DNA from: Podospora anserina
Lineage: Eukaryota
Direction: 5' to 3'
Length of the DNA stretch: 64,000 nucleotides
Assembly: GCA_017654855.1 (NCBI GenBank)
Contig: CM030337.1
Location: forward strand, 1,550,001 to 1,614,000
Below are positions 50,126 through 62,100 of this stretch, in pieces (position 1 is the stretch's first letter; every line of letters starts with the position of its first letter). A program made the translations under genes and the position numbers. The notes under the pieces were generated by a model, which saw only the letters and a program-made list of their open reading frames with translations, was not told where the DNA came from and made no database searches.

Positions 50126-52410
50126 ATGTCTTGTAAGCACCCTTGATTCAGGGCGCCCCTTTCGCTCTGGTCGTTCTGCTTTCCCTGTTGCCATGCTTCT
50201 CTGTGTCTCTTGGCGATCTGCTGTCAAGGCCTCTCGCTGTACACAACGACAAGCAGTGCTCAAACACCGCAAGGAGACACAGCGTCTGCCTGTTCCAGGT
50301 CGAGTGACATGGCATTTCCCCCCAATCATGCCAAGCCAATCCCGGTTTGGGCCTTCATTGTGACACTGGACCTTCACTAACCACACAATGTCTTCTTTTG
50401 TTTCTGCAGATAACGCCCACCAGACCAAACAAGCGGCACGCAACGTGGCCTGGCACAAGTCGAAGTGGAATATCTTCCCGTACTCACGCAACAAATACAC
50501 ACATGACTCTACCAGCACTGCAGCATGGCAGTCGGCCAATGATCAGGATCTCGAAGGCCACCCGCTGGAGGGGTTGCCGATCGGGCCGTCGGATGATCCA
50601 AGGACCCCGGGAATCCCGCTGAACGGCCCCGGGTCGACGAGCAGAAACATCAATGCATCGGGACGGGCCCCTGATACGGCTGATGGCCAGTTTGGAAGTG
50701 GTGAGACGTTTGTTGGCTCGAACCCTTTGTCGGCAGGGGAGCAGAAGGTCACTAGCAGTGCGCTTAACAAGTTACCAGCGATGCGCTGGAGATTCAAACG
50801 CAGTGTCACTGGCGATGCGACGACGACACCCGAGGGGCCTACTGCCGATGGCGTCAAGAAGAAGAAAAAGGAGTCGAGCAGTTTCTTCAAGCATGTCGAG
50901 CCTAAGGAGCCGTTCACGGTTAGGAACCAGATCCAACGGGTATTCTTCAATTCATGGATCAATGTGTTGCTGATTGCAGCACCGGTTGGTATTGTAATTG
51001 CCAATATTCACTCTGTCAGTAAGATTGCCGTGTTTGTGGTTAATTTTATGGCAATTGTTCCCCTGGCGGCCATTCTGGGGTTTGCGACGGAGGAGATTGC
51101 GTTCAGGACGGGCGAGACTGTGGGTGGTCTATTGAATGCCACCTTTGGGTATGCTATGTTGACTCCGCATGGCGCTTTGTGATATGCTGACCGGACATGA
51201 TGACAGAAACGCAGTCGAACTGATCGTAGCCATCATCGCGCTTGCTGATCGTCAAGTCGTCATCGTTCAGACCTCCCTCATCGGCAGCATCCTCTCCAAC
51301 TTACTCCTCGTCATGGGCATGTGCTTCTTCTTTGGCGGGCTGCGGAGACGGGAACAATACTTCAACACCACCGTTGCGCAAACTTCTGCCAGCTTGCTCG
51401 CCCTCGCCGTGGCCAGTGTGATCGTTCCGACAGTGTTTGACCGATCCAGCCAGTCGCCACAGAACGATGTTGCCAAGCTGTCTCGAGGCACCTCCGTCAT
51501 TCTGCTCTTCGTTTACTGCGCCTACTTGTTCTTCCAGCTCAAGACGCACTCAATGGTCTTTGCCGAAGAAAGCCGGAAGGTTCAAGCCAAACCGTTCACC
51601 CACCCCATGCGACGCAGCGTCCCCGAAGGCGCCGTCTCTCAGGGACTCGTCGCCCCAGCTGGCATTATCAGCGGCCATGGCTTGGGATCAGAGCAATCCG
51701 AGAATGAAAAGATCCGGGAAATGGTGACCAAGCCTCCTATGAGGAGTGCTTCGGGGGCAACCCAAGGCGGCACCGTCAGTAATCCCGGCAAAGGCAATGT
51801 AGAGGAAGACAACGACAAAGATGAGGTCACACTGCACTTTCTCGTTGCCATCGCCACCCTCGCCGGGTCTACGGTTGTTATCGCCATTTGTGCAGAGTAC
51901 ATGGTTGACTCCATCAGCGCCATCACCGCCAGCGGGGCTGTTTCTGAAGAATTCGTCGGCTTGATTCTTCTTCCTATCGTGGGCAACGCAGCTGAGCACG
52001 CCACTGCTGTAACTGTTGCCATCAAGGACAAGATGGATCTTGCTATTGGGGTGGCGGTGGGTTCGAGCATGCAAGTGGCGTTGTTTATCATCCCCTTGCT
52101 TGTTATTATTGGGTGGGGGATGGGGATCGATGCCATGACGCTGAGCTTTGATCCATTCCAGGTGGCGGTGTTGTTTGTTGCGGTGTTGCTGGTGAATTAT
52201 TTGATAAATGACGGGAAGAGTCATTGGTTGGAGGGGATGTTGCTTATGTGTTTGTATGCCATCATTGCGATTTGTTCTTGGTGTAAGTTTCCTCGCAGTG
52301 AAGAGTTTGGGACAGCAAGATTGCTAACGTGGCCATGTGTAGGGTATCCGACCGATGGGAGTAGTATTGCCGGGGGGGCGGATAACAGGACTTTGGAGTT
52401 GAGTCTTTAG
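50126..52410 (+). CDS. Ca2+/H+ exchanger of the CAX family (VCX1-like) with long N-terminal extension, 629 aa; exons 50126..50132, 50410..51148, 51207..52282, 52343..52410
   Basis: Alpha-repeat motifs GGLLNATFGNAVE, GSILSNLLLV, GNAAEH and GSSMQ, and C-terminal DGKSHWLEG. Introns 50133..50409, 51149..51206 and 52283..52342 have canonical donor, branch and acceptor. Orthologue versus paralogue of VCX1 is not determined. Confidence 0.9.
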
Positions 52411-52729
52411 GGGGGTGGTGATGGCAGGGGGTGGGAGGATGGGGTAACACGATGACTTTTTCTTTTTAGTCTGGCTTGTAGAGTACTTGAGAGGAGGGTT
52501 CTCCTAGGTATAAGAGAACAGCATAGAAGGAGGCGGCAGGGGAATTTTTATATGAGGAAGACTCTACACGAGATGTTGAGGGGTTGATGTTGATAGGGGC
52601 ATGCCCTAGAGAAAGTGATATTGCTGATGAAAGTTGGGGTGAATGTGTATGACTGTTGACTTGAGTCTTTCAAGATTATTGATATGCCTGTTGATTGCGC
52701 AGAAGGCCTATTTGCTACTTTGTCAAAGG

Positions 52730-52857
52730 ATTTTGCAGTAGTTTTGAAGGCTTTTTGAGTCGCTTTAAAGGGGGTTTGAACAACTTTGAATGTGTTTTAG
52801 GTAGTTCAAAGGGATTTTGAGTAACTTTGAAGGAGCTTTGAGTAGCTTTGGAGGAGT
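52730..52857. repeat. Degenerate minisatellite, period about 21 bp, about 6 copies (consensus close to TTTGAGTAGCTTTGAAGGAG)
   Basis: Aligned by eye: ttttgcagtagttttgaaggct / ttttgagtcgctttaaagggg / gtttgaacaactttgaatgtg / ttttaggtagttcaaagggat / tttgagtaactttgaaggagc / tttgagtagctttggaggagt. Confidence 0.7.
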
Positions 52858-53639
52858 ATTGACTGTTGGTCTCCTTTATTTTCCCGATTGGTTCTTCTGC
52901 CCATAATGTCTGAGGGGCAGTACTGCACTTTGTAGCTTTAAATATTTAACGGGCAGGGTGATTCTCAAAATTTATCTTTGATCTGAACTTTTGGTGTCGT
53001 TTGTACGTCTTTTATCTCAGCTTCTAAATAGTCTTTTGTCTTAGCTTTTAATACCGGTTATCCAAGCCTAGAATGTTGTTTATGTTTATTTAGTCTAAGC
53101 CTTCAAGAGAGTTTCTGGTGGTGATGGTTTGTCTTTGGGATTTCTTTTGGGAGATTGTCTGCGTTTTTGAAGTGGTTATTATGTGTGAGATGATGTTGGC
53201 TAACGAGGTTCTGAGAGTTGGGGTAGAGTCTTGGTATTGGGGAGGTCATGGGGAAGGGGTGTGAGTTCTTTTTGGGCGATGCGCTTGCGAGCAGCGAAAA
53301 AAGGCCGTCGTGAGAGGGCGCGTTTTTCTTGTCTTTACCTCGTTTGCTCGCGCGGGGACAGAGCGTGGATCTTTCGTTTGCGAGTGTAACATGAGGAATA
53401 TGTTTGAAGAGTTCACTATGCATGTATGCGTGTGTGTATGTGGTAAAGTGCTATTGTGTATATGGTTTAAGTTGGTGGGAGAGCTGAGGTTTTGGCACTG
53501 GAAGTTGGCCACTTGATGGGTGACCATGAAACATACCTAGTGTCTTAACTGTGTGATAGCAGCAAAACATATTTGATGAATGGCTGGGTACTCAACATGG
53601 TGAGTTAACTCGCAATAGCTAAGGTGGATTTGACGGGTC

Positions 53640-54020
53640 TTTACTACTGGGTCAGACAAAAAAGGCCATTGGGATGAGATTTGTCTTTGAGATGAGATGT
53701 GGCCAAGGCTGGCACCAAGTCAGATCTATCAAAGCCAAATCCAGACAAAAATCTGGATCTATGTTAGATTCCTTTGAATTGATAGATTTGATATGTTTAC
53801 ATAACCCCGGGAAGAAGGGTTATAAGCGAAAATCATGACGGAGATCATGATGGAAACATAGCTGGTCTCTACAAGAATAATGAACGGTAATCTATCAAAG
53901 CATTCGGAATCTCTTATCTAAGCTTTGGACGTATATAGTCTAGGCTTTACCTATATATATCCAAGCTTCATAAGTGTGTAATCTAAGCTTTCAGTGTCCA
54001 TGATCTCAGCTTATGATTGC
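53640..54020. repeat. AT-rich degenerate repeat relic related to 47340-48760
   Basis: 53673..53697 matches 47461..47485 at 24/25 (direct). 53775..53807 matches 48036..48068 at 29/33 (inverted). Confidence 0.6.
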
Positions 54021-55265
54021 TTGCCCATCAAAGATGTTCTTTTTTCTTACAGACCGTTGAAAGCATTTCTTTTGATTTCGCTGGGGGGTAGCCAGATCGT
54101 TTGAATATTATTGGATATTTTTGCTCTCTTCACATGGTACCAGTTCAGCCAACGTGTCTAGAAAACGCCTTACTGTATGTATGCCTTGACCCTGGATTTC
54201 ACCACTGCTGCGCCATCAGCAACCATGTTTGAAAATTTGTGAGTGGCCACATCATCAAGCCACCTTTTGTTCCAAGGAGGACGGTGTCCCAAGCCACAGC
54301 TTTGGCAGGGGTCTTGGGAGAGAGGCAGGGAGGCGCAGCCATAGATGCTCGGGTTCGCGCGAAGGCCAGTTGTTCATCAGTTGTCAGCAGATACGTTTTT
54401 TAGCCAGGAAAATTTGATTCTTGACAGCCACAAAACAAACGTTAAAGGACGTATTATCCCAAACCTGAGCAAATACCTAGGTTACCTTGGCTGAGAGACA
54501 GCTTTCTTCACTGGCCCCCACAGAGAAACGGTGCGTTACGACTGGGCAAGGACCTTACGTTTGCGAATTTTCGCTCTCGCGTGCTATGACTCCGACATGT
54601 GCGCATCACTTGGAAGCCTGCCCCTCATGGCGAGCCGCGGTCTGGACAAATAAAGAAGGCACAGCACGCATTCTGATCCCTACAACTTTTGTATTCAAAT
54701 ATGATGGCGCCATTTCTCCCCCCGTCGCCGAAATGGGGTGACATAATCGTCTCGGCGGAGAACTTTCGAGCTGTCAGACCCCCTGTTGGTCCTACGTCTC
54801 GTAAAAAAAGAAAAATTCGATCATACAGGCCATAAGCAGTGTTGATCAGTGAGGCAAGTTATGCTCTTCTTCTGGTTCAGAACCGCTGAGCCCGCACACA
54901 AGGCAAGTCGGGGGATTGCGGAGAGGCTTAGTCCCGCATCGTGACCAGAATTCGAACACCGAACGCGGCCCGGGACGTGTGCTCGCAGTGGCCTTCCGAA
55001 TTTGCCCCTGTACTCCCGCGTGCTGGAACGGCGGGTCCCTCGGCGACGTGCTAGCCACTGAATGATGTCCAACATGCCTGACTTGAAGGTTTTGCTGTCT
55101 TCTTCCTCCATGATGGCTCCTTTGTTACTTACTTTTCTCAAATCCTTCCGCCTGTTTGGGTTTTGGTCAGCTTGCACAAAACTTTTCACACATAGTCATA
55201 CGAGTACTCCTCACTGCTCACCTGTCGTTACCCCATAGCGGTCGACCATATCGCCCCCCGTCAAC

Positions 55266-55661
55266 ATGACCGTCACCAACCCACTCCCTTCCCGGCCAGC
55301 GTCTCCTCAAAAGCAAAGAGACAGCAAAACGAGCAGCACCGCTTCGCGAACCCGACACCATGAGGACAAAACTCCCAAAGACCTTTCCCCGTCCTCCTCT
55401 CGCAATATGTCGAGCGCGGAAGTATTCCAGAGTAGAAGACATGTTCTCGTGAAGACTGCTCATTCTGCCAAAGATCTTCCAAAGCAACCCGCCGGCGTCT
55501 ACGGCAGACGTTCCTATTTTGGCTCGGTCGACCAGAAGTCCGAACAACTTCTTGCAGCCAAGGGTAAGGCCAAAGAGTATGCAGGTCAAGTTGTGCCGAC
55601 ACCTTCCACCCAGAAGCCCAAAACGGCACCAAGTGACCAAGAGCACAAGAATTCAAGATGA
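55266..55661 (+). CDS. Possible orphan basic, low-complexity protein, 131 aa
   Basis: ATG in a good context (TCAACATG) and open for 131 codons, but no recognisable domain; may be spurious. Confidence 0.25.
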   Translation: MTVTNPLPSRPASPQKQRDSKTSSTASRTRHHEDKTPKDLSPSSSRNMSSAEVFQSRRHVLVKTAHSAKDLPKQPAGVYGRRSYFGSVDQKSEQLLAAKGKAKEYAGQVVPTPSTQKPKTAPSDQEHKNSR

Positions 55662-56924
55662 TCCCATTCGTTCGGCATCATGCAAGTTTCCCGGGACTTC
55701 AAAATCGTCTATATGCCGTTGTGTCATACTCTTCTAGCATCATCACTATGCTTGAAGATGTTGGTATTCGGCACGGTCGTGGATGCCGTCGGTGCAGATC
55801 TCATTTTTGCTTCACGTCGATCTCGGTGCCGGGGATCACCATTATGTAGAGAGCTGTTGGTTTCGAGGGCTGTTGGCTTCAGAAATCATTCCCTTTCTTC
55901 GACATATCTTCGTTTTTCTTTCCCGACGTTAGATGGAGGAATACACAACGCAAGATAGGCGGCATCAACATACCCGGGAGGTTGGACCCTTTTTTGGGAT
56001 ACACATGGAGTGTATTGATGGTCAAGGTGGAGAGAATAGGGGGTAGCTCGTCTGTATATAATGGCCAAAGATGTTGGAGGCAGGGCCATCGGATGGTTGC
56101 TAGACAGGGCGCATCTCTGTAGATAAAGAAGAGAAGAAGCACATCCATATTATGCCGGTTGATCACTAAGCCATCTATTTCCTGCATATTATACCCACCA
56201 TTACCCAAAGCCTTGCTGCAAGTTCAAAATAGTTCGAGTATGGTGTGTGATTGATATCCACAAATGAGAAGATGCCGTCCCGCCCGGAGGCTGCAACCAC
56301 CACCACGCGCCATTTTTGTTGGTTGTTCCCGCAGCCTTGTGGGATCAAACACTCATTCTTCCCAACGACATCATCGCAACTACCACCAACTAGATCTCCG
56401 AGAGTAAAATTGGATGCGCACACTTTAGTAAGTCTGTATCATATCTCTTCTTGGCCATTAGTGACACATTGAAGCATGAGCGCTAACGCACATTCCAGGT
56501 TATTGTACTCATTAGGAGGAATTGCTTTCTCCCATCCAGGCCTCATTCCGCTCTCTCTGCGTTGTCTTGGTTGAAGAAATCTCACCCTCCCAAGGTCGGA
56601 TCAGTCAACATGCATCATGGCTTGCATGCCTTCAGCGCCCATCATAGGCGGTCGATTGAGCAGCATCTGCCGGAGTAGCCTGCTGGGCATACGCTCACCA
56701 CGTGGAGATGGAGCGCCTTGGTGCTTGAGAGTATATTGGCAAGCACGAGGCTCTGAATAACCGATGATGGGTGTGTGAGATAACAGCCGTGGCAGTTTCT
56801 CTGGAAGTCGTGAGGTTTGGCTGCCATTAAGCTACCTCCCGCGGGGACCGCATAGCTCTCTCCTTCACGGCTTCTCTCTTTCACGACATCATCGTAAAGG
56901 AGACAGAAAGATATACTGGCGATC

Positions 56925-58212
56925 ATGGAGTTGGACAAGCTTGATCTGGAGAAAGGGTTGTCCATCCAGGAAGTCACGAGTAAGTACCAACAACTCTTTA
57001 TCGGCCTGCATTCTCTACCAGACCGTAAGACTCTGAGGGCTGCCGTCTTTCTCCACGAAGTTTGGAAGAGTCCGCCATTCTAAGAGAATTCTTCCATATA
57101 CTAACTCCTTAATCACTAGGCAGTGATGGTAGCCCCATCAGCAACACGGAAATCCTGAATAGCTCAGATTTTCCCTTCCCAGAGGCTGGAGGAGACGACA
57201 GCGGTGGTAAGTATACTCCCTGGTCTACCTTGCGCACGCACCTGCCTGGTTGCAGGCTGACTCAACCCAGAACAACCGTTCGTACGCACTCAGATTGCAG
57301 AAGAGAGACAAGGATGCTGAGAGTGGCTCTTTTTCCCTGCCTGCGAAGCACAATTCTCCTTCATTTTGGACCACTGGGCTGCCAAGTCCAAAGAGACCTT
57401 CCAAGAGGTGAAGGAGTTGGAGAAGGAGAACCGAGCACAGGGGCAGGATGACTATAAGAAGTGCCTGACGAAAAATGCTTTTGGTCGGAAGAAGCAGGAG
57501 CTTGTCGACAGGCTTACGATGGAGTGTAAGGAACTCGGTATGTCTTTTTATTTTGTAGTCTGGAGCAAACTGTCAGAAGAGACAGGGCTAACCCACGACG
57601 GTCTGTATAAAGGGACGGTTTTCACACTCGCCAACACCATCATGCATCAGCATTCGCCCAACCAGAACCTGACAGAGCAATACCATCTCTGTTGTTGGGA
57701 CAGAGGACTGGACCCTGAAAACTCGGGCCGTGGATTGCTTCCTGAAGGCTACCGGTCTCTAGGCCCACGGCCCAGCGCCATCAACGACTTTGTAGTTTCC
57801 GCCGCGGAGACATTGAGCAAAGCAGGTTCTATCGTCAAGGTAATTCTGTTCTAGTTGACAAGTCTGGTCCCACAGATCTTGAGATGCTAACACTGGATGT
57901 TCTACCAACTCTTTTCTCCTCCGCCAACCAGAGCCAGAGACCCGAAAGTCGTTTACAATGAGCTATCCCACCCTCCGCATCCTATCACATCTCTTTATCG
58001 TCCTCATGGCAGTGATCTTCTTCGTTCTTCCTGTTATGATAATGTACCTAGTGCCCATGAAGAAAATTGACAGTATGATGGTTACCATAACCTTCAGTCT
58101 CTTATTCTGCGTTGGGTCGTTCTACTTTGGAGGTGGAAGCGGCGGGCTGCAGTCAGACCACAAGTTCCTGTTTCTCTTGAGTCTATCTTCAAAGACTTGT
58201 CAGATAGATTAG
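56925..58212 (+). pseudogene. Disrupted multi-exon gene for a coiled-coil plus C-terminal transmembrane protein (resembles fungal DUF6594); exons 56925..56979, 57120..57206, 57271..57537, 57613..57839, about 57910..58212
   Basis: The first three introns have consensus donors and branch sites and keep the frame. There is an in-frame TGA at 57318..57320, and no in-phase AG acceptor after branch GCTAAC near 57886. The last exon encodes two hydrophobic helices. The DUF6594 resemblance is from memory. Confidence 0.6.
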
Positions 58213-58560
58213 TACTAGGTGAAGGAATGATATTCTTTTCATATTTCAGCTAGGTAAACAATAGATCCTGTGAGTACCTACTTAGAAAGCTTGGATATAA
58301 GACTAAGAGTTGCGGTAAAAGTACGGGGGAGTTAGGATCTTTGGTAGATAAGAAAGCGGTTGAAATTCCCCCTTCATACTTGAGTTATTACACCATTTAA
58401 AATCCTATCCCAACTCTAGATAAAACAATCCAAGCCTTCACCACCCTAATTAGACCTAAGCCCTAATAACCTTCCATCTAAGCAATAGTTAGCCTTTATC
58501 TAGATATTTACCATATTTAATCCTAATACTTACTCTCCTCAATCTAAGCATCTACTATAT

Positions 58561-58660
58561 TTAATCCAAGCATTAAGGGTCCTCAATCTAAACATTAACG
58601 GTCCTCAATCTAAACATTAACGGTCCTCAACCCAAGCATTGACGGTCCTCAATCCGAGCT
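58561..58660. repeat. 22-bp tandem repeat GGTCCTCAATCTAAACATTAAC, about 4.5 copies, within an AT-rich relic (about 58215-58720)
   Basis: Units 58578-58599 and 58600-58621 are identical; 58622-58643 is a variant; partial units lie on both sides. The variants differ mostly by transitions. Confidence 0.9.
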
Positions 58661-59114
58661 TCATAGACTAGTATACCATGAACAAAAGTGGTATTAAAAC
58701 TCGACTAACCATTCCCAAAAAACTCGTGTACCACAACACAAAGTTATAGAGGTGGGAGGTGCAACAACAAAACCCAAAGAAAAACGCCCAGAAGTGGAAG
58801 AAGAAACAAAAGAGAAGAGAAAGATATCGAAACTACAAAAGCATACTCAACAAAGAGGCTATATCAGCACGTGTAATCCTGTACACCCAGCCCCAACCCC
58901 AAGCCAGCCAACCAACCAATCCCTCCCTAGAGATATATCCCTATCCCATGTCCTTATTTCCCATTTTCTGCTCTTCGTTTCCCTGTTTACAATCCCAAGC
59001 AGAACAACACTTGAATAGATCCCCTCCGTTTCCCTCAACACACACACACTCACACACACAAGAACTCCAACACCCCCCAGCAAAAAGAAAAAAAACCCCC
59101 GCTTATGTCCCCCC

Positions 59115-62100
59115 CTAAGCAGCACTAGCACTCACACTCCCCTCCCTCTGCCTCCTAACAATATAATAAGTAATCAAACTCTTCGGATCCTCCCTAACCC
59201 CCTTAACCGCCTCCCAAAACCTCCCCTCCCCAACCCTCGCATGCATCACCACACAAAGCAACACCGCATCCATCCTCACCGCGCTCTCCACACTCTCCAG
59301 ACACTTCGCCGCCAGCCCCGCCAGCACCTCCAGCTCCCCCTCACTAGGCACATACCCCTCCCCCCTCTGCTCCATCATCTCCTTCAGCACATGCAAGCCC
59401 ATGCTCACAACCCTACTATCCCTCTCCGCGTCATCCACATTCAACCCCTGCATCATCCTCGCCAACACCATCACAATCTCCCCCGCATCCCCCAACATGA
59501 CCAGCTCACCGGCCAGCAACTCCAACCCACTAACCATGTGCGTCCTCCCGTCGTAACACGACCTCGCCCTGAGCAAACTCTCCAATCCCCGTGAGACGTG
59601 AGGCTGAAACCTCGCTCTCATCTTCTTGAGCATAACCTTGATCGTGGCCAGCACTTGAGCCTTGACATCCTGCACCTTTTCCGGCGCAAGGTTCGGCAGA
59701 GGCGACTCGAGGTACTCAAACAGCCCAATCAGCAGGGCATCAAACTTCTCATCGGTGATCAAGCCCTTGTGGTTGTTGCTGTCCCTGATGATGGATTGCA
59801 ACTTGCGGAACCCGTGCACGTCCAGAGCCTTGGCCTTGACCTTAGTAATTCCGCTCTCCAGCAACCGCGAGTTTTGCTTGAGTTTCTCGGGGGACATGAC
59901 ACTGCCCTTACTGATGTCGCCATTCTCGCCGGTGCTGACAATGACCGGGGCCGGGCGGAGCAGTGTAGCCGCGTCTTCGTTGACCGGCTTGTCCTCCAAC
60001 ACGGGTGCCTCAAAGGTGGGTTTTGGCGGAGATTGTTCCGCCGTGAAAGGGTCCTCATACACCTTTAGGGTAGTCGGGCTCGTGGTGGTGGAAACTGGCT
60101 CGACGATCTGAGGGGCGGGGCTAGGTGGTTTTGATGTGGGAAGAGGGAGCTCAATCTCTTCGTGATCATCGACAGACGGGACTGCAAACTCCTCTCTTGT
60201 CCGAGAGGGTGTATCCGACAAACTGGGAAGGGTTTCCACAGACTCTAGGGGGCTTGGCTCATAATGTCTATCATGGGGTGGTGTGTGTTTGGCCACGGAT
60301 ATCGTAGGTACACTCAAGTCCACTGTACTTGCTCTCGGGCTACTGAATAGGGGTTGACCAATCCTGGAAGGCGTATTGCGCAGCGATGCAAATTTGGGAG
60401 TTCCTGCTCTGGCGGGTGTTGGAAGATTCGACTCGGGCTGATTCGGACGGGTCGGCTTAGGGAGTGTCCGTTTCGGAGAGGATGATATGGATTTTGGGGT
60501 AATTACTGACTTTGGCCTTCGGGAATCCGGCGGGCTGGTTTGCTCGCTGGAGGCTTGGTCGTGACTTCGTACCGAGTAGGGTCCTGCAGTTGCTGGCCTA
60601 GGAGCAACCTCGGGTCTCTTACGCCCGGGTCTCATGGGTGCACCAGAAAGTCCACCAGTGGTTGACTCGGGTCGCGTGCGGATAGCCATTGGCTTGGGTG
60701 CTGTTGCTGCGGGAGCTTCAGAGGATCCTGTGGCCGTTCTGACCGGTGAGAAATGTGCCATGGCCGAACCAGGCCGTGTGGGGGGGTTCTTGGTGGAAGT
60801 CCCCGCCATAGCCTTCTTTTTGGCCATGATCGCGTCGCGAATGCTCGGTTTTGGTGCCTCCATTGTACTCTTAGACAAACCGAGTCCTGGTCGAGCTCCG
60901 CCTGCGACTGGCTGTCGCTTGACAGGGTTGGGATTGTTGGCGTCGTTTCTCAAGAGCTTTTGCGCTGTTGCGTCGAGCCCATCCATGATAACCTCTGCCC
61001 TCACAGGCCAGATGGCATTGAACTTCCAGAACGTCGCGCGAGCCTTCTCTCTTACTCCTGGGTTAGCATCCCCGAGACCCTTCTTGATGCACTTCTCAAT
61101 GACCTCCAGGCCTCCCGTATGTTCCACATGATGCTTATGATGTGCTTCCTTGACCAAGATGGTCTGAAGCCACCCGCAAGCGTAGAGTCTTGGCTGGACG
61201 TTCTTGTCCTGAGTCGCAAACCAGATATGTTGCATTATTCTTGGTGTCGTTGTAACATTGGAGATGATGGCATCGACCGTCATGTTTGCTTGCTGACTGG
61301 CCAGTTTCTTGGTCGAGGCGGCAAGCTTGATGAACGTTTGCATGAGTATCTCCACCATAGGATCGATTCCTGGGCCAAACACCCTCGCCAAATCCTGAAT
61401 AAGATTGCATCCATGGGTGCACAGGCTCGTTCTTAGCGAGGTAACGGCCTTGATCATCCCGTCCAAGAGTGCCCGAAGCCCATCAAGGAATCGTTCAGTG
61501 AAGTCTTGCGGAGCATTGCCAGCGACAAGTTTGCGAAGCTTAATCACGTTCTTTTCTCGCTCCATCCAATTCTGCTCTGTCTCCCTGCCCTCGAAATGGG
61601 CGTGCATGTCTCGTAGTATCTCGTCCAGCTCGCTCTTCGTGTTGACGTATGACGGTTCCACCGGGTCCGAGGTCTTGGAGCTATCGGGAGCTGGAGTAAT
61701 CGGGCGGTCGATGGCATGGGAGGATGCGCTGGCTGAGAGGGCTGCACGAGAGGCTGGGCGAGAAGCAGGACGGGGGTGATGCTCGTCTATCGAATCTGCT
61801 TGTGAGGCTGACGCAGAACCGGTAGGGATGAGCTCTTTTACGATCGCTTGCTCGATAGCTGGTCGAATTTTGCAATTCTTCAACTGCCTCTTAAGGTCCG
61901 ATTTGGCCGTATTGGGGGCGTTTCTGGTCAAGTCAGCTTATATCCTATACTTGATAGCTTCGGGGCATACCTGAACAATTCGATGACAGTGGTCTTGGCA
62001 GTGTCGCGAACAGTGGCATCCGCGTCCTCGAGCAAATCCATCAAAGATGGCACATAGCTCCTAAACGGCATGCTACTCTCCTGGTGCATCTGAAGGAGCC

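Noticed and set aside
54821..56470. Minus-strand ORF scraps (54821-55189, 55879-56423) as a possible pseudogene
   Set aside because: I could not join them by splicing or assign a family; a blastx search would be needed.
58561..58660. Short direct repeats as a CRISPR array
   Set aside because: Head-to-tail units with no unique spacers, in a eukaryotic context.
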